DNA from: Eledone cirrhosa
Taxonomy: Eukaryota
Direction of reading: 5' to 3'
Length of the DNA: 64,000 nucleotides
NCBI GenBank assembly: GCA_964016885.1
Contig: OZ024755.1
Location: forward strand, 2,666,001 to 2,730,000
The translations under genes and the position numbers were made by a program. The notes beneath the pieces were generated by a model. The model was not told where the DNA came from and ran no database searches. It was given only the letters and a program-made list of their open reading frames with translations. This document shows, piece after piece, positions 14,161-28,521 of this stretch (the first letter of the stretch is position 1; the number at the start of each line of letters is the position of its first letter).

Positions 14161-14227
14161 CATTTACCAAAGGTTTCACGAAGTCAGACAAGTTCAACAG
14201 AGACGTCTGAAATCGCTCATCAGAATG
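14161..14227 (-). ncRNA. Intact type I hammerhead ribozyme (family G)
   Basis: Minus strand CATT-CTGATGA-GCGATTTCAGACGTCTCTGTTGAACTTGTCTGACTTCGT-GAAACC-TTT-GGTA-AATG: stems I, II and III all pair; GUA triplet. Confidence 0.8.
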
Positions 14228-14261
14228 AAAATCTAATATCTAATTAAAGTTATTAAATTTT

Positions 14262-14328
14262 CATTCTGATGACCGATTTCAGACGTCTCTGTTGAGCTCG
14301 TCTGTCTTCGTGAAACCTTTGGTAAATG
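14262..14328 (+). ncRNA. Inverted second copy of family G hammerhead
   Basis: CATT-CTGATGA-CCGATTTCAGAC...GTCTGTCTTCGT-GAAACCTTTGGTA-AATG; stem II mutated; (TA)n begins about 14345. Confidence 0.7.
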
Positions 14329-14340
14329 TTGTTTACTACA

Positions 14341-14448
<108 letters not shown>

Positions 14449-15053
14449 ATGGTTCTAGGCAATCAGAAAAAAGAGAGGTGACACAACATGACATGATAAA
14501 ATAGCTGTATTATGTAAGATTCTATTTGATCTCCGTAAAATATCTAATTCATTATTTTAGAATGAATTTAGTCAGCGAACCTAACGTACACAAATTATAT
14601 CATAAATATGTTGGAGATACAACAGTAATACTTGTATGAAGTGTTCGTGAAACTAAAATGATGCAATGATGGTGAATACCCAAAGCATCTGGGGAAAAAT
14701 GAGATTAAGGATTGCTTTAAGCTGAAAATATCAATAAACATATTTTGATTATTCATGATGTATTGTGGAGTTTCTAAACGCTCTACTTTATCTTCATGTG
14801 TAATTGATCGCAACAAATAAATGTGTAATGGTAATACATACAAGTAGAAGAAGTCTGTTGGGGATGATATAAGCTTTTCGTACAGAACTAGAAGTGATAC
14901 GTAGATAATTATATTCCAGTTTACTATACATCATGCCATGTTTTCATGTACTCTGTTTGGAGGGTTGTTATTTTTTATTAGTGTGATAGTGAACCAATCG
15001 TTAGAATATTAAATGTTATGCAAATATTTCACTTACACACACATATATATAAT

Positions 15054-15155
<102 letters not shown>

Positions 15156-15602
15156 AGTACAGCATATTCGAACTTCGATCAGCAGCCAAGCCAACGAATG
15201 CCTTCAGCAGTGCAGCCAAGCACTCGACAAGGAATAGACCTCAGAGTAATAACATACAGCTTAAAGGGCTTTGCAAATTGAAAATACCGACCGCTAATTC
15301 AGCCGCGTGATCTGTAGCAACGAAAGAACTGACTAGTGAGAAAAAGATATACTACATACACACACACACACACATATACACACACATACATATATACATA
15401 TAAAAATATACATACATAAATACATATATGAGCATATCTGTATATATAACATACCTGGACCGTCACTTGCAAATTACTGAATATTCAAGTGAGGTTTCTG
15501 TAAATCCGAAATCAACAAAATCCGCTTGTGGGGTATACAAGTTAGGTTTCTGGAAGATCCAACAGAGGAATTTACTTTCTCAACAGGCTTTCGTTCTAAC
15601 CC

Positions 15603-15738
<136 letters not shown>

Positions 15739-15885
15739 GTAGGTGTTCACTCTAACATAGCTGTATATATATAAGTAAGAGTATATTGTATATCTTGCAA
15801 TATTCGGTATGTTTACGAATAAAAATACCGTATATCGCTAGATATACAAAATACTAATTCTTAAATATATATATATATATACGTT

Positions 15886-15959
<74 letters not shown>

Positions 15960-16887
15960 GTCAACTCTGTTCCTCTAGAGTTTGGCCTGCATAGTCAGAG
16001 AGTCATCACACAAAATGAAACTGATGGGGAACAGAAGTCTGACGTGGCCTTATTTAAAGAAGAGATTTAATGTCTTATAAGATATTGAGGACTCATTATT
16101 GCCACTGTCAATACTTTAAATTTAAGTTATTCAGACCAACCCATTCGGCCAGTCATATATTTGTTTATATGATTGGCTAAATGAATTGGGCTGAATGGCC
16201 CAACGAAACATAAGAACCTGTATATGATACTCAACACAGTTGCTTGCTACCTAGGGTTTTGAAGCCTGCCTTGGATTGCCTCATCTTGACGTCAAAAGAT
16301 ATTTTATGAAGTAAGTAGTAACTTCTGTCATCCTTATATTGTTGCCTAAAGAGAATCAAACCACCGGACAGACATTAGAACAACTTTAGGACCAATACAG
16401 GGCAGGCTTCGAAACATCGGGTAGTAAGCAGCTGTCTACAGTAACATTAATAATATATGTGTGTGTGTGAGTGTGTATGTGGTAGTATGCAGAATACATA
16501 TGTACGTATGTATTATGTAAGTGTGTATGTATGCATTATGTATGTTTGTATATATGAATGTATGTATTCGTATATGCAAATGGAAGCTTGTGTTTTTGGG
16601 GGAAGGGGTGCTGTACAAATAATTGAATATCTGTGGCTGGTTGTGATCAGAAACATTGCTTCTGGTAGAGAAATATTCAATGATATGTTCAATAGATTCC
16701 ATGCTGTATATATCAGTCTTACCTATCTTAGAACCCATACAAATTTATAACAAATTTCTCAGCAGCCAATTTTCGACATATATATTTTTCATTATACATC
16801 CTACTCTGTACATTCACTAAACACAGGCACACACACACATATAGGCAAGAAAAGACACATATATATGGCTAATCATACATACAGGTA

Positions 16888-16889
<2 letters not shown>

Positions 16890-16978
<89 letters not shown>

Positions 16979-16987
16979 ATATATACA

Positions 16988-17021
<34 letters not shown>

Positions 17022-17150
17022 CATACACATATATATACATATATATATATACATACATATATATACATACACATATACATACATACATATATATATACAT
17101 ATCCATATATATACATACATACAAATATATACATACATACATATATATAC

Positions 17151-17203
<53 letters not shown>

Positions 17204-17331
17204 CATATTCATATATACATATATATACATATATAGATACATATATATATATATATAAATATATATATATATGTATATATATGCATTTACATATATAATA
17301 TACATACATATATATACATACATACATATAT

Positions 17332-17377
<46 letters not shown>

Positions 17378-17565
17378 TATTCATACATAGATATACACAC
17401 ATACATACACATTCACACACGTGTGTGTGAATGTGTATGTATGGTGAAGAATTATCACAAAGCAGACGGCACAAAGAAATATACGTAAAAGTTACTTATA
17501 CATAATTAATTATTAGTTTTACGCCTTAAGGAATGGAAAAGATACTTTGGGTGATACATACATAC

Positions 17566-17644
<79 letters not shown>

Positions 17645-17694
17645 TATATAAATATATATATATATTTATATGTATATATTTATATGTATATATT

Positions 17695-17776
<82 letters not shown>

Positions 17777-17893
17777 TATATTTATATGTATATATTTATA
17801 TGTATATATTTATATATATATATATATATATATAAATATATATAAATATATATATATATATATATTTATATGTATATATTTATATGTATATAT

Positions 17894-17983
<90 letters not shown>

Positions 17984-17985
17984 GT
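16890..17985. repeat. Large compound (TA)n/(TACA)n microsatellite blocks; similar blocks at 24945-25435, 28070-28620, 53490-53875, 57365-57810
   Basis: direct inspection. Confidence 0.95.
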
Positions 17986-18201
17986 CACATACACACACAA
18001 CACACACACGTGTGTGTTGTGTGTATATGTGTACGTAAATATAATTGTAGGTATATATCTACACGGGTTTTCAGAAATGCGCGGTATTAAAGGCAAGGCG
18101 TTATCTTAATATACAGTCATTACCGAACATTTAGCTATCTTTCGAATATTCGCTAGGTTTCCTTCATGTAGCCGGGGAAATCAATATGATACACAAACAT
18201 G

Positions 18202-18240
<39 letters not shown>

Positions 18241-18317
18241 AGTGTGCGAATGTGTGTGTGTGTGTGTGTGCGTGCGCGCGAATGTGCGAATGGGTGTGTG
18301 TGTGCGTGTGTGTGTGC

Positions 18318-18408
<91 letters not shown>

Positions 18409-18462
18409 CCTGTGTCTGTGTGTGTGTTTATACATATATTTACAGTGAGAGAGATACATATA

Positions 18463-18543
18463 TAGAGGGTGTTGCAAAATATGTATACTCACTATTGTTA
18501 GAATGCTATTGAAGTGTATATACATTTTTGGGAACACACTGTA
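18463..18543. mobile_element. ~80-bp Tc1/mariner-type MITE
   Basis: Imperfect TIRs tagagggtgttgcaaaatatgtatactcact / agtgtatatacatttttgggaacacactgta, flanked by TA. Confidence 0.6.
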
Positions 18544-18684
18544 TATATATGTATATGTGTGTGTATATATATATATATATATATAGGTATGAGTCCAGAA
18601 ATACCCGTCTAAACGGGTATATATATATATATATATTGAAAGGATAAGAAGGACAATTGGTTACTCCTTTATTACATTTATTGG

Positions 18685-18745
18685 TAGGTGACGCGCGTTT
18701 CGCCAGTGTATACTGGTTAATGCTCAGAGCCATCCTCAGTATTCT
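18685..18745 (-). ncRNA. Degenerate hammerhead (family D) in a short segment between (TA)n tracts
   Basis: Minus strand ...CTGAGCATTAACCAGT-ATAC-ACTGGC-GAAAC-GCGC-GTC; palindromic stem III ACGCGCGT; CUGANGA box damaged. Confidence 0.5.
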
Positions 18746-18748
18746 CAG

Positions 18749-18850
<102 letters not shown>

Positions 18851-19034
18851 AATAGTAAAATAATGAAATTAAACAAAAAACGGTTAATTCATTGTAAAAC
18901 TCATTATTTTACGATCGTTTCTGGGGGGGGTAGTTCCCCGTATGCCCATTCTATTATTGATCTATGTAAAATATATTACAAATTATTATAGTAAGAAAAT
19001 ATACATACGTTTTCACTACCCGCCGTCTTCAGAA

Positions 19035-19221
19035 ATAATTGTTTTTACTTTAGGCACAAGGCCAGCTGTCCCAGTGCATTACTGGTACTTTATTTTATCG
19101 ACCCCGTAAGGATGAAAGGCAAAGTCAACCTCGGCGGGATTTGAACTCAGATCGTAAAGGGACGTAACTATGCTGGAAAGCATGGCGTCCGACCCTCTAC
19201 CGATACTGCCAATCCACCGCC
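19035..19221 (-). mobile_element. Full-length main SINE with 20-bp flanking direct repeat
   Basis: ccgccgtcttcagaaataat at 19020-19039 and 19217-19236. Confidence 0.92.
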
Positions 19222-19241
19222 GTCTTCAGAAATAATCTCTG

Positions 19242-19272
<31 letters not shown>

Positions 19273-19273
19273 A

Positions 19274-19308
<35 letters not shown>

Positions 19309-19414
19309 GTGTATGTGTGTCATTACAATCTTTCCATTCTACTTTCTTAAGTATCGACTACTTCGCTCAACAATGGTCTTACTTGTCATTATGTATCTCT
19401 CTATGTATACACAC

Positions 19415-19446
<32 letters not shown>

Positions 19447-19607
19447 ATATATATATATGTATATGTATATATGTGTATATATACATTTATGTGTGAGTAT
19501 GTGTTTTTGTGTGCATATATATGTGTGTGTGTATATAGGAAACATCTTTATGTATGTGTGTGTCAGAAATAGACAAAACCCCTTTGTTGTTTCGGTGTGT
19601 TTCTATG

Positions 19608-19679
<72 letters not shown>

Positions 19680-20569
19680 TGTGTGTGTGTCTGTGTGTGT
19701 GTCTGTGTGGGTGAGTGCTAGATACATTATTTCCACATTTATCTTTTCAAGTGAAACCAAAATTTAACACAATATGCTAATGTATTTATAAAGATATCTC
19801 GAAAAATACTCGATAATAATAGATAGGATTTTTTGGCTTGTTTTCCTATTCATTTTCTCTTTCTTTTTCTTTCTTTTTTTTCTTTTCTTTTTTTCTTCTG
19901 TATTTGTCGAATAATCTTGATGTAAAGTTAAAGTGCAAACGCAACAGTAAAAATTATAAAATATAGGGTAAATAAAACCTGAAAGTAATAAGAAAATTAA
20001 TGAAAAAAATATTGGTACTTACTTTACATGTCTCCTTTAATTTTTCAAAATTTTAAGACTTCTAAATGTTTCACTATTTCCGCTATTAAGGTTTTCGCCT
20101 CCAAAGTCATTGAAAGAAACTGAAAATATAATAAGAGATAGGTTTAAATAAATACAAGCGAATAATGTTTTGTTATGTATATGATTGTAAATAAATATAT
20201 GGATAATAGAAAAATAGAGGACAATAGGAATTGAAATAAGTAAACATACAAACACATATACACATACGTATATATATGTGTGTGTATAGATATATAGATG
20301 TAGATACATAGATGTATAAGAGTGTGTGTGTGTATACACAGATATTTATATACATACGCTTATATATATATACTTATATATATATATGTTTCATTTCTGT
20401 TGCCTCTCATTTCTCCCGCTCACCCCCTCAAATATCACAGAGAGAGAAAAGAGAGAAGAGAGAGGGGGAGAGGGAGAAATGAGGTGCAACAGAAATGAAA
20501 CATGGATTACAGGTTAAAATATAGTCTAGATAGATGAGAAACAAAACGAGGATGTAGTTTATGGAACAT

Positions 20570-21045
20570 CCCAAATGATTTAGAAGGCGACCTTAAGTAG
20601 GAGCAATAACATTAAGAAAGACATGAACGACACCACATCATTTTGTATTGAAAATTTTGAAAGTAGGTTTATAAGTATGAATTTTCAGTAAAATTTCGTA
20701 GATTTCTCGGTGGCCGAGTGGTAGGTACTGGAGACGGTGGAGAGACTGATCGTGGGTTCAATCCTGGTCGAGAGGTACATGTAAACATTTTCACTTTTTA
20801 TTCCATAGAAAAAAAAACTGAAAAGGTTTACCGAGAACCCCTAACGCCGACCAGGATCGAACTTCAGACCAGAATCACCACCGTCTATGAGTCCTCCAAT
20901 TAGGCCACCGAGACAGCTACAAAAGTATAATGAAAATTAATAATTATAAACCTACTTTCAAAATCAAATTAAAAAGATGTGGTGACGTTCATGGCTTTCC
21001 TAGAGCTATTAGTCATATTTAGGGTCGACTTGTCAATCTTCTGGC
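20570..21045. mobile_element. ~480-bp diverged foldback/palindromic element with a tRNA-like head in each arm
   Basis: Arms pair along their length (tttgaaagtaggtttataa / ttataaacctactttcaaa; caccacatc / gatgtggtg); A-box tggccgagtgg and B-box ggttcaatcc on +, mirrored on -. Confidence 0.75.
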
Positions 21046-21211
21046 TCTTTGGTAACAACCTATTATTCCTCTGTGTGTTTTACTGTCGAATTAATTTCAT
21101 TTCATAACAAACAAATACATATATATATACATATATATTTAAATATATATATACATATTTAAATATATATATATATACATATATATTTAAATATATATAT
21201 ATATATATTAA

Positions 21212-21375
21212 TTCAAAATATTAACAAAATAGATATTCTTGTGATCAAGTATATTTTATTATACATATTTCAGAGGTAGTGAGTTAACTTCAACAGTACG
21301 TCCTCCTCAGATAAAATAAGATGATGCATGACATACCCTGACATAGTAGATGGTTAAGATTCAGTCATGGTAGTG
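21212..21375 (-). mobile_element. Family A hammerhead element (ribozyme 21254-21316) ending at (TA)n
   Basis: Minus strand TTTTAT-CTGAGGA-GGACGTAC...TACCTCT-GAAA-TATGTAT-A-ATAAAA; homologous to 35190-35345. Confidence 0.75.
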
Positions 21376-21745
21376 AGTAATATATGACAAAACTCAATAT
21401 TTATATACCTTAATATATACCACATTCTTTGATTTATTCATTGAACCTTGTTTAACCTTTAAATATATATATATATATCAAAGGTATATATTGAGTTAGA
21501 AACTCAAAATAATCTCTTACAATTAAATAGCTCAAGGAAAGAGTCGTGTAATATAATTGAATATAAAATGTAATATAATTGAATATAAAAGAGAGATAAA
21601 CACAGATATATACATACATATATTCAAATCGTAAGGACCAGATTCGCTCGCGAATCATATATGTATATATCTATGTTTATCTCTCTTTTATATTCAATTA
21701 TATATATATATATATATATATTCAACCAATGGTATATATTTCATA

Positions 21746-21924
21746 TACCGTAAATACTCGACCATAATGTCATGGAATATGCGACCAAAAGATCTATGGA
21801 AAAACGAGTGTCGTCTTATATTTACCTCGGCTTATGAACGCGGTATCGATCTTTATCTATTTCCTAGACATAAAATAGTGGTCGACTTATATTCGGAATG
21901 ACTAATATTCGAGTATTTGAGGTA
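21746..21924. mobile_element. pogo/Tigger-type MITE
   Basis: TIRs taccgtaaatactcgaccataa / taatattcgagtatttgaggta with subterminal gtcgacttata repeats. Confidence 0.65.
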
Positions 21925-21954
21925 TATTCCTACAAAAATTGTCATATATAATCT

Positions 21955-22050
21955 TGACTTTGCCTTTCATCCTTACGGGGTCGATAAAATAAAGTACCAG
22001 TAATGCACTGGGTAATTGCTGGCCTTGTGCCTAAAGTAGAAACAATTATT
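21955..22050 (+). mobile_element. Main SINE, 5'-truncated
   Basis: gactttgcctttcatccttacggggtcgataaaataaagtaccag...agaaacaattatt. Confidence 0.9.
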
Positions 22051-22269
22051 TATCAACTACTTTTAATAATTCAATTAGAATATCACCATCAAGTGGTTTG
22101 CTTGTTTGTTCGTTTGTTTTCTTTCTACCCAGGAAATGTTTCCATTGTATTTTTGCTTCCATTGTGTTCTGTTCCTCACACGCTTGATGTAAATAGTTCG
22201 TGGAGTCTACGTGCATTTCGTACAATTCTTCTGGGGGTATTCTTTCGATCGTGCTTTAATTTAAGATTG

Positions 22270-22870
22270 GAGATTAGACGGTGTAGATCTGAAGTATTGA
22301 ATAAGTTTATATTTCTTGGATCCAAATTGAAAGAAGTGAGAGATGTTTAATAGAAATTAAAGCAATAACAGCTCTTGCTAAGGTTTCTATGGCGGAAATA
22401 CAGGAAATTATGAAAGGTAAAGGAATGTTATAAAGAACAAAGAAGCGATGGTTAAAATCAATGGTCTTTAGTATTCACAGTAATGATGTATAGATGCGAA
22501 AGCTGGACAATTAACGGACATAGATAGAAGGAATATTGATGCCTTCGAAGTGAGGTGCTGGAGAAGATAACAGATAACTGAGAATATTATGGATGATAAG
22601 AAAAACGAACAGATCGATAATGCAGTCAGTTAAACTAGAAAGTAATTTGGAAGAATTGATGGTCAAACAGAATTTCAAATTCTTTGGTAATATTATAAAA
22701 ACGGAGGATACAGAAAACAGAATTATGTTAGGAAAAATATGACGAGAAAAATTATGACCACCACTCATGAGGGAATTAAATGGCGTGAAAGTGGCGATTG
22801 GGATAACATTGTTGACTTAGCCACATCTGTGAAGAATAGGTAGAACTGGAAGTGGCATAACTTTGAGATT
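22270..22870 (+). mobile_element. RTE-clade LINE, decayed 3' part of RT ORF
   Basis: Frame-broken translation EVLNKFIFLGSKL...MYRCESWTI...DRRNIDAFEVRCWRR..LRILW..RKTN, typical of RTE/BovB C-terminus. Confidence 0.8.
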
Positions 22871-22951
22871 ATTAGACGTGGAATATGACATGAGGGTAAG
22901 TAGGAGGGTATAAGAGAGATGTGTGTAGTAGAGTTGAAGAAAGAGTAAAAT

Positions 22952-23027
<76 letters not shown>

Positions 23028-23178
23028 CAGTTTAGTATGAACGAATATATAAAAGTGCAATAAGGAGACAAGGATGTGTGAGATAAAGGACACGAGAGGA
23101 CCTTGAAGAAAAAATGTGTGAAATACCTACCACTCCCGTTGTCTACATATAAATATATATCTTAGTTATTATTTATTC

Positions 23179-23221
<43 letters not shown>

Positions 23222-23424
23222 ATATAATATATATATATATGCATACATACATATATAAAAGTATCTTTCCCTCCTTCACTATTTAGATTTTATTTCCTCA
23301 TACCTAACTTCCATTACATACCATTCTTTCTGTTTGTATCACTCTTATCCTCTATCTCCTTCTTTCTCTCTTTCAGTGTATCTTTCTTTCTTTTTCTCCT
23401 ATCCACTCTCATTCTCACAATTTG

Positions 23425-23508
<84 letters not shown>

Positions 23509-23611
23509 TCCCCCTCTCTCTCTCTCAAACACTTTCCTTAGTTTTTTGGTCTGAAATTGCAGTTTGACATTTATGTGAAATGAATTAAAATAAAATAAAT
23601 GTAAAACAAGT

Positions 23612-24260
23612 GGCGATGCTAATGATGATGATGTTGATGATTGTGATGTTTATGGTGGTGGTGGTGTTGGTGGTGGTGGTGGTGATTGTGGGGGCGATTG
23701 TGGTGTTGTTGATGGAGGTTGTGGTGGTTGTGATGTTTATGGTGGCGGTTGTGGTGTTGTTGATGGTGGTTGTGGTGTTTATGGTGGTGGTTGTAGTGTT
23801 TATGGTGGCGGTTGTGGTGTTTATGGTGGCGGTTGTGGTGTTTATAGTGGCGGTTGTGGTGTTGTTGATGGTGGTTGTGGTGTTTATGGTGGTCGTTGTG
23901 GTGTTTATGGTGGCGGTTGTGGTGTTTATGGTGGCGGTTGTGGTGTTGGTGGTGGTTGTGGTGTTTATGGTGGCAGTTGTGTTGGTGCTGGGTATGGTGT
24001 TTGTGGTGGTGGTGGTGGTGGTGGTGGTGGTGGTGGTGGTGGTGGTGGTGGTGGTGGTGGTGGTGGTGGTGGTGGGTGTATTTGTGACGGAGATGTTGGT
24101 GGTCCAGGTTGGGACGTGTGTCGTGTTGTTTGTGTTAGTGTTGGTGCTGGGTTTAGTGTTGGTGGTGGTATTTGTAATGGCTGTGGTGGTGGTGATGATA
24201 TTGGTGGTGGAGGTGATAGTATTTGAGCTGGCTGTGGTGATGGCGTTGATAGTTGTTGGG
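23612..24260. repeat. (GGT)n-derived array with 21-bp ggcggttgtggtgtttatggt higher-order units
   Basis: direct inspection. Confidence 0.9.
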
Positions 24261-24735
24261 AAAACAACAACAACAACAACAACAACAAAAATACTACAAT
24301 AATAATACAGCTCACTCCAATTTAATATCGTCTTCATGGCATTCGAAAACGTAAAAACAAAATAGAAATGTTAAGGAAACAATACATTCAAAATAAACAT
24401 AAACGTGATGTAATAAAAACAAATGTGAAAAACTTAAAAACGATGCTTCAGTTGATGGAAGTCATGAAAAGCGAAATTATGGTAGACCAGAAATAACATA
24501 ATTTTTCCTAAATTTATATTTTATAATTTTGGAGTTGTACTTGTTTGGCATCTGATTTCATTTGCGATCTTGTGATGAAACTGCTGAAAAAAATTGCATT
24601 CTGGGAAGTTATGATAGCTATTTAAAAATATGCATGTACCATTATAGTCACTTTAGTTTTATTTTGAAAAATATTATTTTGATTTTCACTTAATTTGTAG
24701 TGTACTATATAAAGAATACAGTGTACAGTGTCGTG

Positions 24736-24803
<68 letters not shown>

Positions 24804-24942
24804 TGTTTGTGTGTGTGTGTGTGGTGTGTGTGTGTGTGGATACACTGATATGAAATGTGTTTCACGCTTGGAGCAATATATATAAATATATATATAAATG
24901 AAAGGTATAGAAAACATTGTAGCAAAAAGCCAACAGTATTCC

Positions 24943-25123
<181 letters not shown>

Positions 25124-25146
25124 TTACATATATATATGTATATATG

Positions 25147-25177
<31 letters not shown>

Positions 25178-25210
25178 TTACATATATATATACCTATATA
25201 CATATATATG

Positions 25211-25298
<88 letters not shown>

Positions 25299-25321
25299 TA
25301 AAAATATACATATATATATAC

Positions 25322-25352
<31 letters not shown>

Positions 25353-26019
25353 CATATATACATATATATATACATATATATATATACGTATATATATACA
25401 TACGTATATATACGTATATATATATATATATGTGTTTGTGTGTGTGACACAAGTCAACAAGGAAATACAACACGAGAGAACAATATAATACAATGGTGTT
25501 ATATTAGTTTAACGCTTGATATAAGAGGAAAAACGTTTTAACGTCTCGCATAGGAAAAGTGAGTAAAGAGAGCACAAGCCAAACACACACACACACCTAC
25601 ACCTACATACACACACACAAATTTCTATACACCTACATACACACACAAATATATATATACAGATACATGCATTCATACATACATGTGTGTGTGTATAGAA
25701 GGAAATAATATCGTGATCAGGTCGTAGATAAACGACGAGATACTATTATGCGTTATAACATATAATTCTGTTATGAAATGCAACTGAACTAAGATTATGG
25801 TGAAGGTGTGAGAGCTATTAGGTCAGAGTATGACCTCTCAGTTAGAAGGAATATCTTTTTTGTTTCGCCTTTCAATGGAGAGATTCACATCAGTCTATTC
25901 CCGCCTACCTTAAACAGTTTTATAGCGTGCTAGATGAAACAACGTAGCTAGCAACGAGGTTGGTTCTGAGAAAAATAGAGAGCGAGCGAGAGAGAGAGAG
26001 ATTGAGAGAGAAGTATCTG

Positions 26020-26185
26020 GAATTTGATCCCAGTACTTACTTAACTGATGCTTTCTTCATCGTACCTCCAAAAAGATGAAAGGTAAAGTTAACGTGGACG
26101 GGATTAAAACTGAGTAGCCGCAAGCCGGGGCAATTACTGCGAGGCTTTTGCCAACACACTAAAGACCCTCCCAATCGACCGCCCT
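26020..26185 (-). mobile_element. Old main-family SINE
   Basis: gatcccagtact...gatgaaaggtaaagttaac...ccaatcgaccgcc. Confidence 0.6.
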
Positions 26186-26309
26186 AGGCAGAAATAACTT
26201 AGCAGATCTTACTGAAATGCTACTTGTAATAGATTTAAACCTTTTTCAGAAAGAGCTTAATCAATAATCCTCTTTATGCCAAGATACACTAACCTTTTAT
26301 AGAAATACT

Positions 26310-26690
26310 GTAGCTGACGCTGTACCAGACAGCAACCCTAGAAGGTTGCTAATGTGTATACTTTCTCCATCACTGTATAATATCCGTGACCAATTCTCTT
26401 ACATTAAGTTGCTTTTTTCTTTTAATCCCTGCAGTCAAATTAATTTTAAATGAACAACATAAAACTCGTACGAGAAGTAGTAACATGAGGTGATGAGGAG
26501 TCCTTCAGTGATTCACTCAATGTGTGAGAAATAACAGGCAAATCTCCCAGCATTCTAGCGACACAATTGAAGATGGATAAATTATAAAGTGTGGTAAAGG
26601 ATGTAAGAAAAGAAGAGAAGGTCACGACTGGAGCCACTTTATAACAAATCTGCTTCATCTGGTCTTACGTGGGGTTAAACATCCACAGCA
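26310..26690 (+). mobile_element. Possible highly decayed CR1/L2-type LINE RT fragment
   Basis: Weak similarity (AVP..., NIKLVREV..GDEESFSDSL) to the RT core C-terminus. Confidence 0.3.
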
Positions 26691-26989
26691 AATACTATTA
26701 ATTTTAGTAGTTGTAGTAGTAAGTGAGCTTTATGTGATTTTCACAAGATACAGATCGTGTGGTCTTTAGGTAGAATTTAAACTTACACATTGGACAATGT
26801 TTGTCCAGTGTTTGTCCTATGTTTGTCCAATGTTTGTCCAATTCAAAACACACATTTCCTTGAAGCCATTTCCCAGAAGCCAAACGTTGGTGGTCCACAG
26901 ACCAAGAAAGTCAGTCAATTAAATGTAACTCTACAAGTATGTTTTTATATAATACGTGTTTAAGTGTTTAATCTAAAATATTTCAGTAA

Positions 26990-27110
26990 ACTGGAACAAC
27001 TTGAAATGAAGTGTTTTGATTAATACCACAACACACATATCAGTTGAGAAATCGAACCCACGACATGATGATCGTATGTCTAACATCATTACCACTAGGC
27101 CAGGCACCTC
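26990..27110 (-). mobile_element. tRNA-derived SINE 5' part, different family
   Basis: aatcgaaccc (reverse B-box) and accactaggcca (reverse A-box). Confidence 0.55.
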
Positions 27111-28012
27111 CATACTCTATTTGATAGGGTACTCTGAAAAACAATAATGCCAACAAGAAAAAATGTATAAACAAAGGAACAAAAAAGACTATTGGAAAGA
27201 AAGAAATGTGGATAATTTAGAGATGAAGTGTAAGAAGTTTTGGGGGCAATAACTAAAACAATAACATCAATAACAACAACAAAATAACATAGAAGAGAAA
27301 CGAAATACAAAAACACGACATTTTGCCAATTCTGTCAACAATGATAGTCTTTGAGGTAAATACTATTGCTACTTCTAACAAATAGTACAACTATTGATTA
27401 TTTCCGCTTAATCTGATTAGCAAAACAATCGTTTTCTCGTTATGACAGCGGCGATTGTGAGAGCACAAGTGGTCAGTTTTGTTGTTGTTGTGAGTGATGT
27501 TGCATTTCCTTTTGTTTTCTTGTTACCTTCTTGCTGTTGTCATTGTAGCTGTTATTGTAGTAGTTGTTATTGTTGTAGTTGTTATTGTTGTAGTTGTTAT
27601 TGTTGTAGTTGTTATTGTAGCTGTTATTGTAGTAGTTGTTATTGTTGTAGTTGTTATTGTAGCTGTTATTGTAGTAGTTGTTATTGTTGTAGTTGTTATT
27701 GTAGCTGTTATTGGTGTAGTTTTCTTCTTCTTCTTCCTCTTCTTCTTCTTCCGCTTCTTCTTCTTCCTTTTCCTCCTCTTCCTCTTCCTCCTCTTCCTCC
27801 TCTTCTTCTGTGTTGTGGTAGACATGATAGAAAGATGATGATGATGAGAGCAGTGTCCGATGCTGGGGATGCTGGGGGTGTTGGTGAAGTGGTTGTTATT
27901 TTCCTTTGCAACTTTTACGTATTGCAGTAATCTTTCGGAATCCCATCTCTTATATTCTCGCTGTCTAGACATATCTTTTATGTTCTAAGTTATTACATCT
28001 CTTCCTTCAAAC

Positions 28013-28072
<60 letters not shown>

Positions 28073-28165
28073 CATATATATATGTATATATATATATATA
28101 TATATATGTATAAAAGTATATATGTATATGTATATACATGTATATACATATATACATATATATAC

Positions 28166-28216
<51 letters not shown>

Positions 28217-28258
28217 CGTATATATATATATACATATATATATATACGTATATATATG

Positions 28259-28314
<56 letters not shown>

Positions 28315-28315
28315 C

Positions 28316-28349
<34 letters not shown>

Positions 28350-28350
<1 letters not shown>

Positions 28351-28467
28351 GAGGTTATATTTATATTTTATCTGATGAAAGCGGACCATAATTTGCCTTG
28401 GTTGCCCTTGAAATATGTATAATAAAATAAATATGGTTTTATAAATATAGTTTCCATTTATTAATAT

Positions 28468-28470
<3 letters not shown>
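28350..28470 (+). mobile_element. Family A hammerhead element embedded in (TA)n (ribozyme 28366-28427)
   Basis: TTTTAT-CTGATGA-AAGCGGACCA...TGGTTGCCCTT-GAAA-TATGTAT-A-ATAAAA plus family A tail. Confidence 0.75.

Positions 28471-28521
<51 letters not shown>

Noticed and set aside
23585-24337. 250-aa Thr-rich mucin-like ORF
   Set aside because: (GGT)n-derived array open on both strands; no supporting splice or domain context
26446-26500. Peptide resemblance (VTTSRTSFMLFI) to the minisatellite reverse translation
   Set aside because: DNA similarity is poor; probably coincidence
27442-27930. Cys-rich metallothionein/keratin-associated-like ORF
   Set aside because: Degenerate (TTG/TAG)n and (CTT)n repeats
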